A DNA stretch of 64,000 bases from an uncultured Acidimicrobiales bacterium (GTDB lineage: Bacteria > Actinomycetota > Acidimicrobiia > Acidimicrobiales > SHLQ01), in contig CAJQNJ010000008.1 in the NCBI GenBank assembly GCA_905479685.1, positions 10,488-74,487 on the forward strand, in the 5' to 3' direction. The notes below the pieces were generated by a model, which saw only the letters and a list, made by a program, of their open reading frames with translations, was not told the DNA's origin and made no database searches. This document shows positions 29,111 through 38,903 of this stretch, one piece after another. The position numbers and the translations under genes are program-made. Position 1 is the first letter of the stretch. Every line of letters begins with the position of its first letter.

Positions 29111-29764
29111 TCAGGACTTGGCTGACTCGTTGATCGCTTGCGCGATCCGGCCCTTCGCCGACCCGAGGACCCGACCGAAGTCTCCCGCGATGACTTCGAA
29201 GGGTTCGGTGAGTGCAGAGTGTGGCGACGGTGGGGTGGGAGATGGCGGTGTAGTAGGAGACGCCGACGTGACGGGAGGCGCCGGTGTTGTAGCGGGAGTC
29301 GAAGGGGCGTTCGTCGGGCTCAGCCGACCCGGCGGTGGTGGAGTGTTGCCTCCGTTCAGGGCTGGGCGAGGACCAGGCGCCTCGGCAAGCGATCGCGAAT
29401 CAGGACGCTTGGTGGGCACCTCGGTCACGGTGGCATCAGCAACCCCCCTCCCGGTCGGCACGACCGAGGATGATGGCGGCTGTGACGCTGAAGCCGGGCC
29501 GGAACTGGACGGGCGACCTGTCGTCGACGATTTCGAAGCGCTGCCAACCGTCGACGACGAGGGTGGCGACGGAGCGGACGCTCCGGACTCGATCGGTTCC
29601 TTCTCGACGAAGAGGCGCAGGATCGAGCCGATGCCCCCGTGGCCGGGAGCCGGTGGGAGTGCACTCGTGGACCAACCATGTGGATAGGAACTCGATGGGT
29701 ACCAGAGGCCATTTGACGCGAGCCAATCCGTCGGCTGGCGATGGCTCCACGAAACTCCTGGCAT
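29111..29764 (-). CDS. Pro/Ser/Thr-rich low-complexity protein with a Trp/Tyr-rich N-terminus and an amphipathic C-terminal helix (hypothetical)
   Basis: 217 aa, same strand and tightly spaced between the ALDH and IOR genes. No domain recognised. Strand was chosen by context and third-position GC. Confidence 0.4.
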   Translation of the reverse strand: MPGVSWSHRQPTDWLASNGLWYPSSSYPHGWSTSALPPAPGHGGIGSILRLFVEKEPIESGASAPSPPSSSTVGSASKSSTTGRPSSSGPASASQPPSSSVVPTGRGVADATVTEVPTKRPDSRSLAEAPGPRPALNGGNTPPPPGRLSPTNAPSTPATTPAPPVTSASPTTPPSPTPPSPHSALTEPFEVIAGDFGRVLGSAKGRIAQAINESAKS

Positions 29765-29816
29765 ATGTCCGATGATACTCCTCGCAGGGACGTCACGACC
29801 GTCCGCGTGCTTTCGG

Positions 29817-31244
29817 TCAGATGGCGATACCTGCGGTCTTGGTCTCGAGATATTCGAGGAGGCCCTCGCGCGCTCCTTCGCGCCCGAGTCCGGAGTCGTT
29901 CATGCCACCAAAGGGCACAGACGCCGACGTCGGGTTCACATCGTTCACGCCGATGATCCCGAACCGCAGAGCCTCTACGGTCCGCAACGCCGTCGAAAGA
30001 TCGTTCGTGTACACATAGGCGGCGAGGCCATAGTTCGTGTCGTTCGCAAGATCGACCACGGTGTCCGGATCGTCGTACGCGATGATTGGAGCGACTGGAC
30101 CGAATGTCTCCTCGCGGTAGATGGCCATGTCGGTAGTCACGCCGCTCAGCACCGTCGGAGCAAAGAAATGGCCTGCGGCGAGTTCACCATCCGTGAGGCG
30201 GGATCCGCCCACTAGGGCTGACGCACCCTTGGCGACAGCGTCGTCGACCTGTGCTTCGACCTTGGCGACCGCTGCGTCATTGACCAGAGGTCCGCATCCA
30301 ATGCCCTCGTGTGACCCATTCCCTGTCTTGACGCGCTCCACCCGTTCGACCATCGTCGCGGTGAATTGCTCCACATGGTCCTGATGCACGTAGATACGGT
30401 TCGGGCTGATGCATGCCTGGCCGGCGTTGAGGAATTTGAGCGCAGCGGCTCCCTTGGCAGCGTGCACCGGGTCGGCGTCGGGCATCACGATGAAGGGTGC
30501 GTGCCCACCCAATTCGACCGAGATTCGCTTCAGAGACCCTCCCGCAGCCGAAGCGAGTACCCGTCCAACAGCCGTGGATCCGGTGAACGTGAGCTTGGCG
30601 ACCCGAGGGTCGGTCGTGAGTACGTCACCGATCGGCGCGGGTTGTGATGTTGTGATCATGTTGATCACGCCGGGTGGAACACCAGCGTCATGAAAGACTT
30701 CGAAGATCGCCCGCGCGTTCAACGGTGTGGCCTCGGCCGGTTTCAACACGACGGTGCAACCAGCCGCAAGCGCAGGCGCCATCTTTCGAGTGAGCATCGA
30801 CATCGGGTAGTTCCACGGTGTGATCGCTGCAACGACACCGACAGGGGCCTGCACTGACAAGAATCGTTGGTTCGAGCGTGCCGACGGAAGCCACTCCCCT
30901 GTCAGGCGCCGTGCTTCTTCTGCGAACCAGCGGATGAAGTCCGCTCCGTAGGCAACCTCGGCTGCCGAGGCGCGGAGGGGCTTGCCTTGTTCGGCGGTCA
31001 TCACGTGCGCGAGGGCATCAGCTCGCTCGCGCATGAGTGTCCACGCACCCATCAAGACATCGGCCCGTTCGTATGCGGTCGTCATAGACCAGTCGTGGAA
31101 CGCGGCGTCGGCGGCTGTGATCGCGAGTTCGGCATCCTCCCGGGCTCCGTCGGGTACATCGCCAAGATGTTCGCCGTTCGCCGGATTGATCACCGCAAAC
31201 GTTGCGCCCGATCGTGCGTCGACCCACTCACCATTGATGAACAT
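29817..31244 (-). CDS. NAD(P)-dependent aldehyde dehydrogenase (succinate-semialdehyde dehydrogenase-like)
   Basis: MFINGEWVDA..., ITPWNYP, FTGSTAVG, ELGGHAP, and catalytic NAGQACISPNR. Confidence 0.9.
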   Translation of the reverse strand: MFINGEWVDARSGATFAVINPANGEHLGDVPDGAREDAELAITAADAAFHDWSMTTAYERADVLMGAWTLMRERADALAHVMTAEQGKPLRASAAEVAYGADFIRWFAEEARRLTGEWLPSARSNQRFLSVQAPVGVVAAITPWNYPMSMLTRKMAPALAAGCTVVLKPAEATPLNARAIFEVFHDAGVPPGVINMITTSQPAPIGDVLTTDPRVAKLTFTGSTAVGRVLASAAGGSLKRISVELGGHAPFIVMPDADPVHAAKGAAALKFLNAGQACISPNRIYVHQDHVEQFTATMVERVERVKTGNGSHEGIGCGPLVNDAAVAKVEAQVDDAVAKGASALVGGSRLTDGELAAGHFFAPTVLSGVTTDMAIYREETFGPVAPIIAYDDPDTVVDLANDTNYGLAAYVYTNDLSTALRTVEALRFGIIGVNDVNPTSASVPFGGMNDSGLGREGAREGLLEYLETKTAGIAI

Positions 31245-31307
31245 CTGGACAGCGTATTGGGGAGGACAACCCAACGCGAGACAACCTTGCGGTCACAACG
31301 CTGTCTG

Positions 31308-32756
31308 CTACGACCCCGAAGCACATGCGCTCCGAGCCGACGCAGGATCAGCCTCGGGGCCCGGAACCTCAGTGAGTCCGACGCTACCGGCCCGCGAAAT
31401 CGGCGATCGCAGTGTCGCTTGCTCGTGGTCGACGGCAAAGAAACTGGTTTCCAGAAGATCGGACGCCTCAGGACGGTGTGACGCCAAGATGTTCTCTCGA
31501 GTGAGCTCCCCCGAATCTGCTGCTGCGAGAAGCGCCTGGTGAGCGAGCTCGGCCTGCTGCCAACCGAACGAGACGCTGTCGGCCGCCCAGTATTCGATGT
31601 CAGGAAGCGCCCGCCGAATTTGTGCGGAACGATCAGTTGATTGCTCCGAGTCGAACAAGTCGATCGGCGCGGTGTGCGTATAGAGCTCGGAAACTGCCGC
31701 TGCGATCGACGTCTCGAGCAGAAGTGCGTCATACGTCTGGAAGGCGCCACCCCACCGCCAGGCGCGATTCAAGCCGGCCACACCGAGAAACACGTTGCCC
31801 AACTCCCGGGGCGAACTGGCGACCCAAACCACGTCTGGCTCGTTCAGAATGAGTCCATCAGCAACCTCATCGATACCGACGTCGTCAAGGTCACCTCGGT
31901 ACTCGTACACGATGTCGAGCGCAGCCTCTTCCGATGCCAATCGTGCGCCTCGTGCGGACTGGTTGCCGAATGTGTTCGATCGGCTGACGATGGCGACGCT
32001 CAGCGGGGCGTCATCTGCGCCAGACGTTGTTTCAGCGAGACGCGAGGCCCCCATGTAGGCATCGACGCACGTCTTCACGCCGAGCTGAACGATGTGACTC
32101 GACGCGACACGACCCAGGTCGGCATGCCCGCGCGAGATACCCATCGCACCCTCCTCGACAAGGATCGGGGTGACTGCCTGCGCCAGGTCGTCGCCGCCGA
32201 CCGATGCGATGAGCGCCACTCCTCGATCGCTCCGCTCTAATAGCTCGCGCACGTTGTCGATGTGAGCGTCGACGTCGGAGGCATGATCCAGAGCAACGAC
32301 GTCCACCATGCGCCCACCAATGCCACCCGATGCATTGACCGCATCGAAGTACGCAATCTGTGCATCGAGCACGAAGGAATCGACCCCACTCAGCGGGCCG
32401 CTGAGATCAAGAGAAAGTCCGACGCGAATCGTCTCCTGATTCACGCCGAAACCGGCGACGATACTGTCGAGCGTCGTCGGCGGTGCAGTGTCCTCCGATG
32501 AAGCGCCCGGGACGACAGCTGCCGACGTCGAGGTCGACGTCGAGATCGGCGTTGACGTCGGTGCTTCCTCGATGGGTTCGCTCGTGTCATTGCCGCTAGA
32601 ACAACCGACAGCGAGGAGAGAGAGTGCAGAGGCGATCGCAGCTACCCGGATGTGTCGGAACGTGGCCAACCGCCCATCAGCCAGCGAGCTCACCGCCAAG
32701 GTAGAACTCTTGGACGTCTTCGACCATTCGACTATCCCCTCTTCGACACGCGTCAT
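31308..32756 (-). CDS. ABC transporter substrate-binding lipoprotein (branched-chain amino acid / Leu-Ile-Val type fold)
   Basis: Lipobox LLAVGCSS, then a Ser/Thr/Pro linker and a periplasmic-binding-protein-like body. The start is uncertain (ATG 32756 or TTG 32670). Confidence 0.7.
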   Translation of the reverse strand: MTRVEEGIVEWSKTSKSSTLAVSSLADGRLATFRHIRVAAIASALSLLAVGCSSGNDTSEPIEEAPTSTPISTSTSTSAAVVPGASSEDTAPPTTLDSIVAGFGVNQETIRVGLSLDLSGPLSGVDSFVLDAQIAYFDAVNASGGIGGRMVDVVALDHASDVDAHIDNVRELLERSDRGVALIASVGGDDLAQAVTPILVEEGAMGISRGHADLGRVASSHIVQLGVKTCVDAYMGASRLAETTSGADDAPLSVAIVSRSNTFGNQSARGARLASEEAALDIVYEYRGDLDDVGIDEVADGLILNEPDVVWVASSPRELGNVFLGVAGLNRAWRWGGAFQTYDALLLETSIAAAVSELYTHTAPIDLFDSEQSTDRSAQIRRALPDIEYWAADSVSFGWQQAELAHQALLAAADSGELTRENILASHRPEASDLLETSFFAVDHEQATLRSPISRAGSVGLTEVPGPEADPASARSACASGS

Positions 32757-32876
32757 CAGGAGCCCGATTCGGGCAACGTAGCACGATGCGTGATGGACCC
32801 AACAATCACATTTCGCCCGTTTGCAGGGAACTTTGAGCACCGATCACTCGTTCAACTGTTCGACATTTCGCACGAT

Positions 32877-33371
32877 CTACGGCGTGGCGATGGTCTGATC
32901 TGCAAGTGCGAGATTCTCGCGTGTTCGTCGCGACGCCTCGGCAAGGGAGAGGTACTCGTTCTCGACCTCACCCATCACGTTCTGGAACTCGGTGTGCACA
33001 TTGTCGACCAGTGTTTGTGCCCTCGCGATGAAGGCTGTCTTTTCCGAAGCCAGGTTCGCAGTCGCGCCACCGAGGACACTGTTCACCTGCGCCTGCAGCT
33101 GTTCTTTCACGAGCAATGCATTCTCGCGCGACAGGCCGTGCCAATCCGACCCCGCCAGCACCGCGTGTGACTGGGAGATATCTGCGGTCAACGTGTCTGC
33201 GATCGATTCGAAATTCGACAACAGCCTCGACATTGCCTCGTGGACCACTTCGGACAACGCCAGCACAGCGGCGTGGGTTTCGGCACCAGCGGATCGTGCC
33301 ATCGACCCCGAATCTGCCAGGCGTGCTGCGCTGCGTTCGATGTCATCGAGATTGCCGCCGATAAATGCCAT
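32877..33371 (-). CDS. WXG-motif, all-helical protein (WXG100/ESAT-6-like, extended; putative type VII secretion substrate)
   Basis: 164 aa. N-terminus is MAFIGGNLDDIERSAARL. W77-H78-G79 sits between long helical stretches. It has its own AT-rich upstream region. Confidence 0.5.
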   Translation of the reverse strand: MAFIGGNLDDIERSAARLADSGSMARSAGAETHAAVLALSEVVHEAMSRLLSNFESIADTLTADISQSHAVLAGSDWHGLSRENALLVKEQLQAQVNSVLGGATANLASEKTAFIARAQTLVDNVHTEFQNVMGEVENEYLSLAEASRRTRENLALADQTIATP

Positions 33372-33512
33372 GTCCTCTACCTCTACTTTTCGTATTGTTT
33401 CATGCTTTTTCGGTATTCATCATGTTGTATCACGGCATCAAATGTCAACCACGGCTTACTCCGAGCGGACCGTCAGCATGCTCGATCACGTCGGCTCACG
33501 TGGATGGAAGAT

Positions 33513-34403
33513 TCAGCAAGCCGTGTTCGTGACTGCGTACTCGATCGATCTGCCGACCGCAGCAAAGGCGGCCTCGGCAACATCGTGGATCGGCGCAGAC
33601 GCGGTCCCGGTCGAGACCACGAAGCACGTGTCCCCATCGAAACTCGTATGAGCCGGCCGCAGACATGCGCCCAGCGCGTCGTGCGCTCGCACAGACAGTC
33701 GCCCCAGTTCGGAACGACTCAATGCGGCATCGGTCGCCACCACGACGAGCGAGGTGTTCTGGCCCACCGGCGGGGCGGTTGCCAACGAGCCCGGAACGTG
33801 AGGTCCACCGGTGAGCGATTCGCCTTCGAGCGAAAACGCATCTCCGAGCGCGTTCACTGCGATGAGCGCGGCAACCGTTGCGTTTCCCACTCGCACAGCC
33901 GCTGAGCCGATTCCGCCCGGACCCGGCGCACCGCGCCACTTCGAGATGGTCGCCCCTGTCGCTGCTCCGACCATTCCCTGCTCCACCGGCGCATCGGTCG
34001 CTGCTCGGTACGCAATTGCCCCGTGCTCGGCCGTTGGTCGGACCGATGCGGAGCCCACACCCAGGTCGAAGAGCGCCGCTGCAGGAACGATCGGAACACT
34101 CCCCCATGGCGTTGGGAATCCACGACCATCGGTCTCGAGGGCGTGCATGACCCCGTCGACACATGCGAGTCCGAAGGCGCTTCCTCCCGCAAGCACGAAC
34201 GCTTGTGCCTGCTCGACAGACATACCCGGTTCGAGCAGGGCGGTTTCGCGAGATCCAGGAGCCGCACCGCGGGTCTCACCAGAAACGATGTTCGGTTCAG
34301 GAAGATCGATCACCGTGCAGCCGGTCATCGCATCCGAATCGGACCAATGCCCGACCTTGATCCCCGACACCGATGTGAGGGTCCCTCCATCGATGAGGTG
34401 CAT
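33513..34403 (-). CDS. P1/DmpA-family aminopeptidase (L-aminopeptidase/D-esterase, peptidase S58)
   Basis: Start at internal ATG (MHLIDGGTLTSVSGIKVGHWSD...). Contains TGCTVI, GGSAFGL and ATDA. Confidence 0.8.
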   Translation of the reverse strand: MHLIDGGTLTSVSGIKVGHWSDSDAMTGCTVIDLPEPNIVSGETRGAAPGSRETALLEPGMSVEQAQAFVLAGGSAFGLACVDGVMHALETDGRGFPTPWGSVPIVPAAALFDLGVGSASVRPTAEHGAIAYRAATDAPVEQGMVGAATGATISKWRGAPGPGGIGSAAVRVGNATVAALIAVNALGDAFSLEGESLTGGPHVPGSLATAPPVGQNTSLVVVATDAALSRSELGRLSVRAHDALGACLRPAHTSFDGDTCFVVSTGTASAPIHDVAEAAFAAVGRSIEYAVTNTAC

Positions 34404-34416
34404 ACGTCGTCTCCCT

Positions 34417-35208
34417 CTAGAGCGGTGGGTCGAATCGGCCGTCGATCGCGAGCCAACCGCCATCGACCACGAGAAGTGATCCAGTGACGAAGCTTGCTGC
34501 GTCCGAAGCGAGGTAGACGATCGGCCCCGCAAGCTCGATCGGCTGCGCCCATCGACCGAGGGCGCTCTTCGTGGCGTAGGCGTTGTACCAGTCTGGTTGC
34601 GAGGTGATCTGCGTCGTGAGTGGCGTCTCGACGACACCAGGCGCAAGCGCGTTCGCACGAACGTTCATCGGACCAAGCTCGGCCGCGAGCGTGCGAATCA
34701 TCTGGAGGACACCGGCCTTCGTGGCCGCATAGACACCCTGCCCAGGCTCGACGACCTGCGAGCGGATCGACGAGATCGCAACGATCGAACCCCCGCCGTT
34801 GTCGACCATCATCCGGCCCGCCATCGTCACCGAATGAAAAGTCCCGAGCATGTTGAGCGACATGACCCGCTGGAACTCCTCTTCGGACACGTCGAGCAAC
34901 CGCTTTCTCACATTGATCGCTGGCGTGTGGATCACGATGTCGGGCGGACCGAATCCCTCGTACATCGCAGCAAGTGAGGTCGAGTCGCCGGCATCGACCG
35001 TCGCAGCAGATGCGGCGGCACCATTACTCGTGATCTCGGCGGCCACACGCTCGGCAGCGTCAGCGGACAGATCGGCACACAACACTTCGGCTCCGTGCGC
35101 GGCGAGCGCGAGCGCACCCGCCTCGCCGATTCCGCTCCCCGCGCCAATGACGATTGCCCTCTTGCCGGTCAGATCGAACAGATTTCGGTACGTTTCGAAG
35201 GCTGCCAT
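34417..35208 (-). CDS. SDR family oxidoreductase
   Basis: GKRAIVIGAGSGIGEA (TGxxxGxG), plus a YAATKAG catalytic motif. Confidence 0.9.
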   Translation of the reverse strand: MAAFETYRNLFDLTGKRAIVIGAGSGIGEAGALALAAHGAEVLCADLSADAAERVAAEITSNGAAASAATVDAGDSTSLAAMYEGFGPPDIVIHTPAINVRKRLLDVSEEEFQRVMSLNMLGTFHSVTMAGRMMVDNGGGSIVAISSIRSQVVEPGQGVYAATKAGVLQMIRTLAAELGPMNVRANALAPGVVETPLTTQITSQPDWYNAYATKSALGRWAQPIELAGPIVYLASDAASFVTGSLLVVDGGWLAIDGRFDPPL

Positions 35209-35332
35209 GTGGGTGACACTAGACGACGGCTTCGGTGGTCCGCCGGTCCACGATCAGCGGCGTCGAGAAGGCCTCGACGCGAATACGTCGACAGGAAATC
35301 GAACGACGAAGTGTGATAGTCACGTCTTCTCT

Positions 35333-36271
35333 ATGTATGTGATCAGACGCATTGGCGTGTACGCCTTCAGTCTCATCCTTGCGTCGATCCTCGTCTTTGT
35401 CGTGATGTCGGTTCTTCCGGGCGATCCAGCCACCGTGATGCTCGGCACGCAAGCCACCCCAGAGTCTGTTGCCGTGTTGCGATCCGAGCTCGGTCTCGAC
35501 CGCCCGCTGGTCGTGCAGTACCTGGACTGGTTCACCGGGATGATCCGCGGTGACCTTGGTGAGAGCGTGTTCACCGGACAACCCATCGGCCCACAGATCG
35601 CCGACCGTCTTGCGGTGACCCTGCCACTCGCGTTGATGGCGCTGACGATGACCACCCTCATCTCGTTTCCGCTCGGCGTCTTCGCTGCGGCCCGACACAG
35701 AACGTTGGGCGACACGGTCGTCTCGGTACTGAGCCAACTCGGGCTGGCCATTCCAGCATTTTGGGCGGGCCTCATGCTGATAACGGTCTTCGCAATCAAC
35801 AACAGCTGGTTTCCGGCAAGCGGTTTCCCCGGATGGGATGAATCGGTGAGCCAATCGCTCCGGGCGTTGATCCTGCCTGCGTTCTCCCTGGCCATCGTCC
35901 AGAGTTCGATCATCACTCGGTACGTACGGTCAGCGGTGCTCGAGACGCTTCGAGAGGAGTACATCCGCACCGCCCGATCAAAGGGCCTCTCCAAGTCCCA
36001 GGCGTTGTGGCGCCACGGCCTTCGCAACGCTGCTATTCCTGTGTTGACCATCCTTGGCCTGCAGTTCGCTGCATTGTTGAGCGGCACGGTCATCATCGAA
36101 ACCGTTTTCGTCTTGCCGGGACTCGGACGCATGTTGCTCGATGGCATCACCGGTCGTGACCTACCGCTGGTCCAGGGCGGTGCATTCGTCATCGTCGCCT
36201 TCATCCTCACGATCAATTTGTTGGTCGATCTGAGCTACCGGGTCATCGACCCAAGGGTCCGCCAACAATGA
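35333..36271 (+). CDS. ABC transporter permease (DppB/OppB type)
   Basis: MYVIRRIGVYAFSLILASILVFVVMSVLPGDPA... and the EEYIRTARSKGLS EAA loop. Confidence 0.9.
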   Translation: MYVIRRIGVYAFSLILASILVFVVMSVLPGDPATVMLGTQATPESVAVLRSELGLDRPLVVQYLDWFTGMIRGDLGESVFTGQPIGPQIADRLAVTLPLALMALTMTTLISFPLGVFAAARHRTLGDTVVSVLSQLGLAIPAFWAGLMLITVFAINNSWFPASGFPGWDESVSQSLRALILPAFSLAIVQSSIITRYVRSAVLETLREEYIRTARSKGLSKSQALWRHGLRNAAIPVLTILGLQFAALLSGTVIIETVFVLPGLGRMLLDGITGRDLPLVQGGAFVIVAFILTINLLVDLSYRVIDPRVRQQ

Positions 36272-37143
36272 CCAGCCCGTCGAGCGTTACGCCGCCACCC
36301 CCATCCACGGGCTCGAGGAGTCGTTGGCGCCGCCTCAACTTCCAGATCGGGCTCGCGATCGTGACGGGGGTTGCTGCGACCGCGATCGTTTCATTCTTCT
36401 GGACACCGTTCGACCCCGAGCTCGTAGACGCGAACAAACGACTGTTACCGCTCGGCGAACAAGGACACGTCCTCGGCACCGATCAGTTCGGTCGCGACCT
36501 CCTCAGCCAGATCATGGTTGGAGCACAAACGGCGCTCTTCGTTGGAATCCTGGCAGTGCTGATCGCCATCTTGATCGGCATTCCGATCGGCGGATTCGCG
36601 GCGGCGCGTCGAGGGTGGGTCGAAGACGTCATCATGCGAATCTCCGACGTGATCTACGCGTTCCCGCCAGTGCTCTTGGCGATCCTGCTCGTTGCGGCGG
36701 TCAGCCCCGGAACGGCGTCGGCGATGGTGGCCATCGGAATCGCTTACATACCGATCGTTGCGCGGGTCACGCGGGGGGCGTCACTCTCGATCTTCGAGCG
36801 GGATTATGTCGTGGCGGCTCGGGCATACGGTCGGAACTCGACGTTCATCTTCGTGCGCCACGTCTTGCCGAACATCGCATCCGTCCTCATCGTCCAGATG
36901 ACGGTGCTGTTCTCGCTTGCGATTCTGGCCGAAGCAGCATTGTCGTTCATCGGAATCGGAACCCAACCACCCACTCCGTCGTGGGGCCGCAGCCTGCGCG
37001 ATGCACAGACGTTCGTGCAACTCACCCCTCGGTTGGCGATCTGGCCAGGACTGGCGATCGCCCTCACCGTTCTTGGTTTCAACCTGCTTGGTGACGGGGT
37101 TCGAGACGCTCTGGATCCTCGCCTCGAGGTCAGTCGGGGATGA
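36268..37143 (+). CDS. ABC transporter permease (DppC/OppC type)
   Basis: HVLGTDQFGRDLLSQ..., DYVVAARAYG. ATGA overlaps on both sides. Confidence 0.9.
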   Translation: MTSPSSVTPPPPSTGSRSRWRRLNFQIGLAIVTGVAATAIVSFFWTPFDPELVDANKRLLPLGEQGHVLGTDQFGRDLLSQIMVGAQTALFVGILAVLIAILIGIPIGGFAAARRGWVEDVIMRISDVIYAFPPVLLAILLVAAVSPGTASAMVAIGIAYIPIVARVTRGASLSIFERDYVVAARAYGRNSTFIFVRHVLPNIASVLIVQMTVLFSLAILAEAALSFIGIGTQPPTPSWGRSLRDAQTFVQLTPRLAIWPGLAIALTVLGFNLLGDGVRDALDPRLEVSRG

Positions 37144-38789
37144 GCAGCCGCCTGCTCGATGTCGAGGGGTTGAGCATCGAAGTCGATGGAACACCACTCG
37201 TACGCGATGTCTCGTTCTCCATCGACGCGGGGCAGCGACTCGGGATCATCGGGGAATCGGGCTCGGGTAAGACGATCACGGCCCTGTCGATCATGGGCCT
37301 GTTGGGGGAGAATCTCGTCCCATCCGGACGAATTGTGTTCGATGACCGGAACCTCTTGGACCTCGACGAGCAAGCGATGTCATCGATTCGAGGAAACGCG
37401 ATCTCGATGATCTTCCAGGAACCGATGACTGCACTCAATCCGGTCATGCGTGTGGGCAAGCAGGTCGTTGAGGCGCTTCGACGACATGAGGGAATTGCGA
37501 AGAGCGACGCGATGACCGTGGCGACCGAACTCCTCGACCGAGTGGGAATCGATCAACCAGACCGACGCGCTCGTTCATTCCCCCATGAACTCTCGGGGGG
37601 ACAGCGCCAGCGCGCCATGATCGCAATGGCGCTCGCCTGCGGACCTCAACTGGTCGTCGCCGACGAGCCCACGACGGCTTTGGATGTCACTGTTCAAGCC
37701 CAGGTTCTCCAGGTGCTCCGCGACCAAGTGGTATCAAACGATGCCGCCCTCATCCTCATCACCCACGACCTTCCAGTCGTTGCTTCCATCACCAACGACG
37801 TGATCGTGATGCGAGATGGATACATCGTCGAGTCTGGGCGCACGGCGCACGTGTTCGGATCCCCATCGAATTCGTACACAGCCCAACTCGTCGACTCCGT
37901 TCCACCGATGAGCCGAGCAATCAGCGCACCCGCGAAGCCCCCTTCGAACGAACCGGAGAGCGACGCCATCGTGGACATCAACCATCTCCGTAAGACCTAC
38001 CGCCTGCGCCGCACAAGCATCCGAGATTCCCCACCCATGATCCATGCGGTCGATGACGTTTCGTTGAAGGTCCATGAGGGAGAGACGTTCGGCATCGTCG
38101 GCGAGTCCGGATCTGGCAAGTCAACGCTGGCCAGAATGATGGTGGGCCTCACCAAGCCAACCGAGGGCGACATCTCGGTCGCCGGCATCGATGTGTCAGG
38201 AACCAAGAACCTTCGGCCGCTCCGCGATGTCGTGCAGATGGTTTTTCAGGACCCGATGGGCTCTCTCGATCCTCGAATGAAGATCGGTGACATCGTCGCC
38301 GAACCCCTTCGGTCGTTGGGACACGATGGTGATCATCAGTCGCGTGTCCGGTCGCTGCTCGACGCCGTCGCGATGCCGGCCGACGTTCTCGACCGATACC
38401 CACACGAGTTCTCGGGCGGACAACGTCAGCGCATCGCGATCGCCCGAGCCCTCGCCCCAGGCCCTCGCTTGCTCGTTGCCGACGAACCTGTCAGCGCGCT
38501 CGACATGTCGGTCCAAACGGTGACCCTGGACCTTCTTCGAAATCTCAAAGAACAATTCGACCTCACACTCGTGTTCATCTCGCACGACCTGTCCGTGGTG
38601 CATGAAATCTGCGAACGGGTGATCGTCCTCGACGGCGGCAGGATTGTCGAACAGGGCCCGGTGGGAACTGTCTTCGGCAATCCGAAGGAGACCTACACAC
38701 AGCAGTTGGTTGCGGCGATTCCGCGACTGGACGGGGCGGTTGCAGCGACTGGGAGCGCGCTGAACGTGGATCGACCACCGCCGAGCTGA
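37140..38789 (+). CDS. ABC transporter ATP-binding protein, duplicated ATPase (DppD/DppF fusion)
   Basis: Two Walker A motifs (GESGSGKT, GESGSGKS) and two LSGGQRQR signatures. Confidence 0.9.
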   Translation: MSSRLLDVEGLSIEVDGTPLVRDVSFSIDAGQRLGIIGESGSGKTITALSIMGLLGENLVPSGRIVFDDRNLLDLDEQAMSSIRGNAISMIFQEPMTALNPVMRVGKQVVEALRRHEGIAKSDAMTVATELLDRVGIDQPDRRARSFPHELSGGQRQRAMIAMALACGPQLVVADEPTTALDVTVQAQVLQVLRDQVVSNDAALILITHDLPVVASITNDVIVMRDGYIVESGRTAHVFGSPSNSYTAQLVDSVPPMSRAISAPAKPPSNEPESDAIVDINHLRKTYRLRRTSIRDSPPMIHAVDDVSLKVHEGETFGIVGESGSGKSTLARMMVGLTKPTEGDISVAGIDVSGTKNLRPLRDVVQMVFQDPMGSLDPRMKIGDIVAEPLRSLGHDGDHQSRVRSLLDAVAMPADVLDRYPHEFSGGQRQRIAIARALAPGPRLLVADEPVSALDMSVQTVTLDLLRNLKEQFDLTLVFISHDLSVVHEICERVIVLDGGRIVEQGPVGTVFGNPKETYTQQLVAAIPRLDGAVAATGSALNVDRPPPS

Positions 38790-38799
38790 AACGAACCGA

Positions 38800-38819
38800 A
38801 TGACCCGAGGCCGGGTCAT
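38800..38819 (+). promoter_or_regulatory. Intercistronic stem-loop (8-bp perfect stem ATGACCCG/CGGGTCAT, 4-nt loop)
   Basis: Read directly, 11 nt after the ATPase stop and 85 nt before the SBP start. No U-tract follows. Confidence 0.35.
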
Positions 38820-38903
38820 CGGAGGCGAGTGATCGAATTCGACCTGTTAGCGTCGCGCCCACATGCGTTCATGGGGTACGTATGTGAGATTGGGGTACTT
38901 GAG

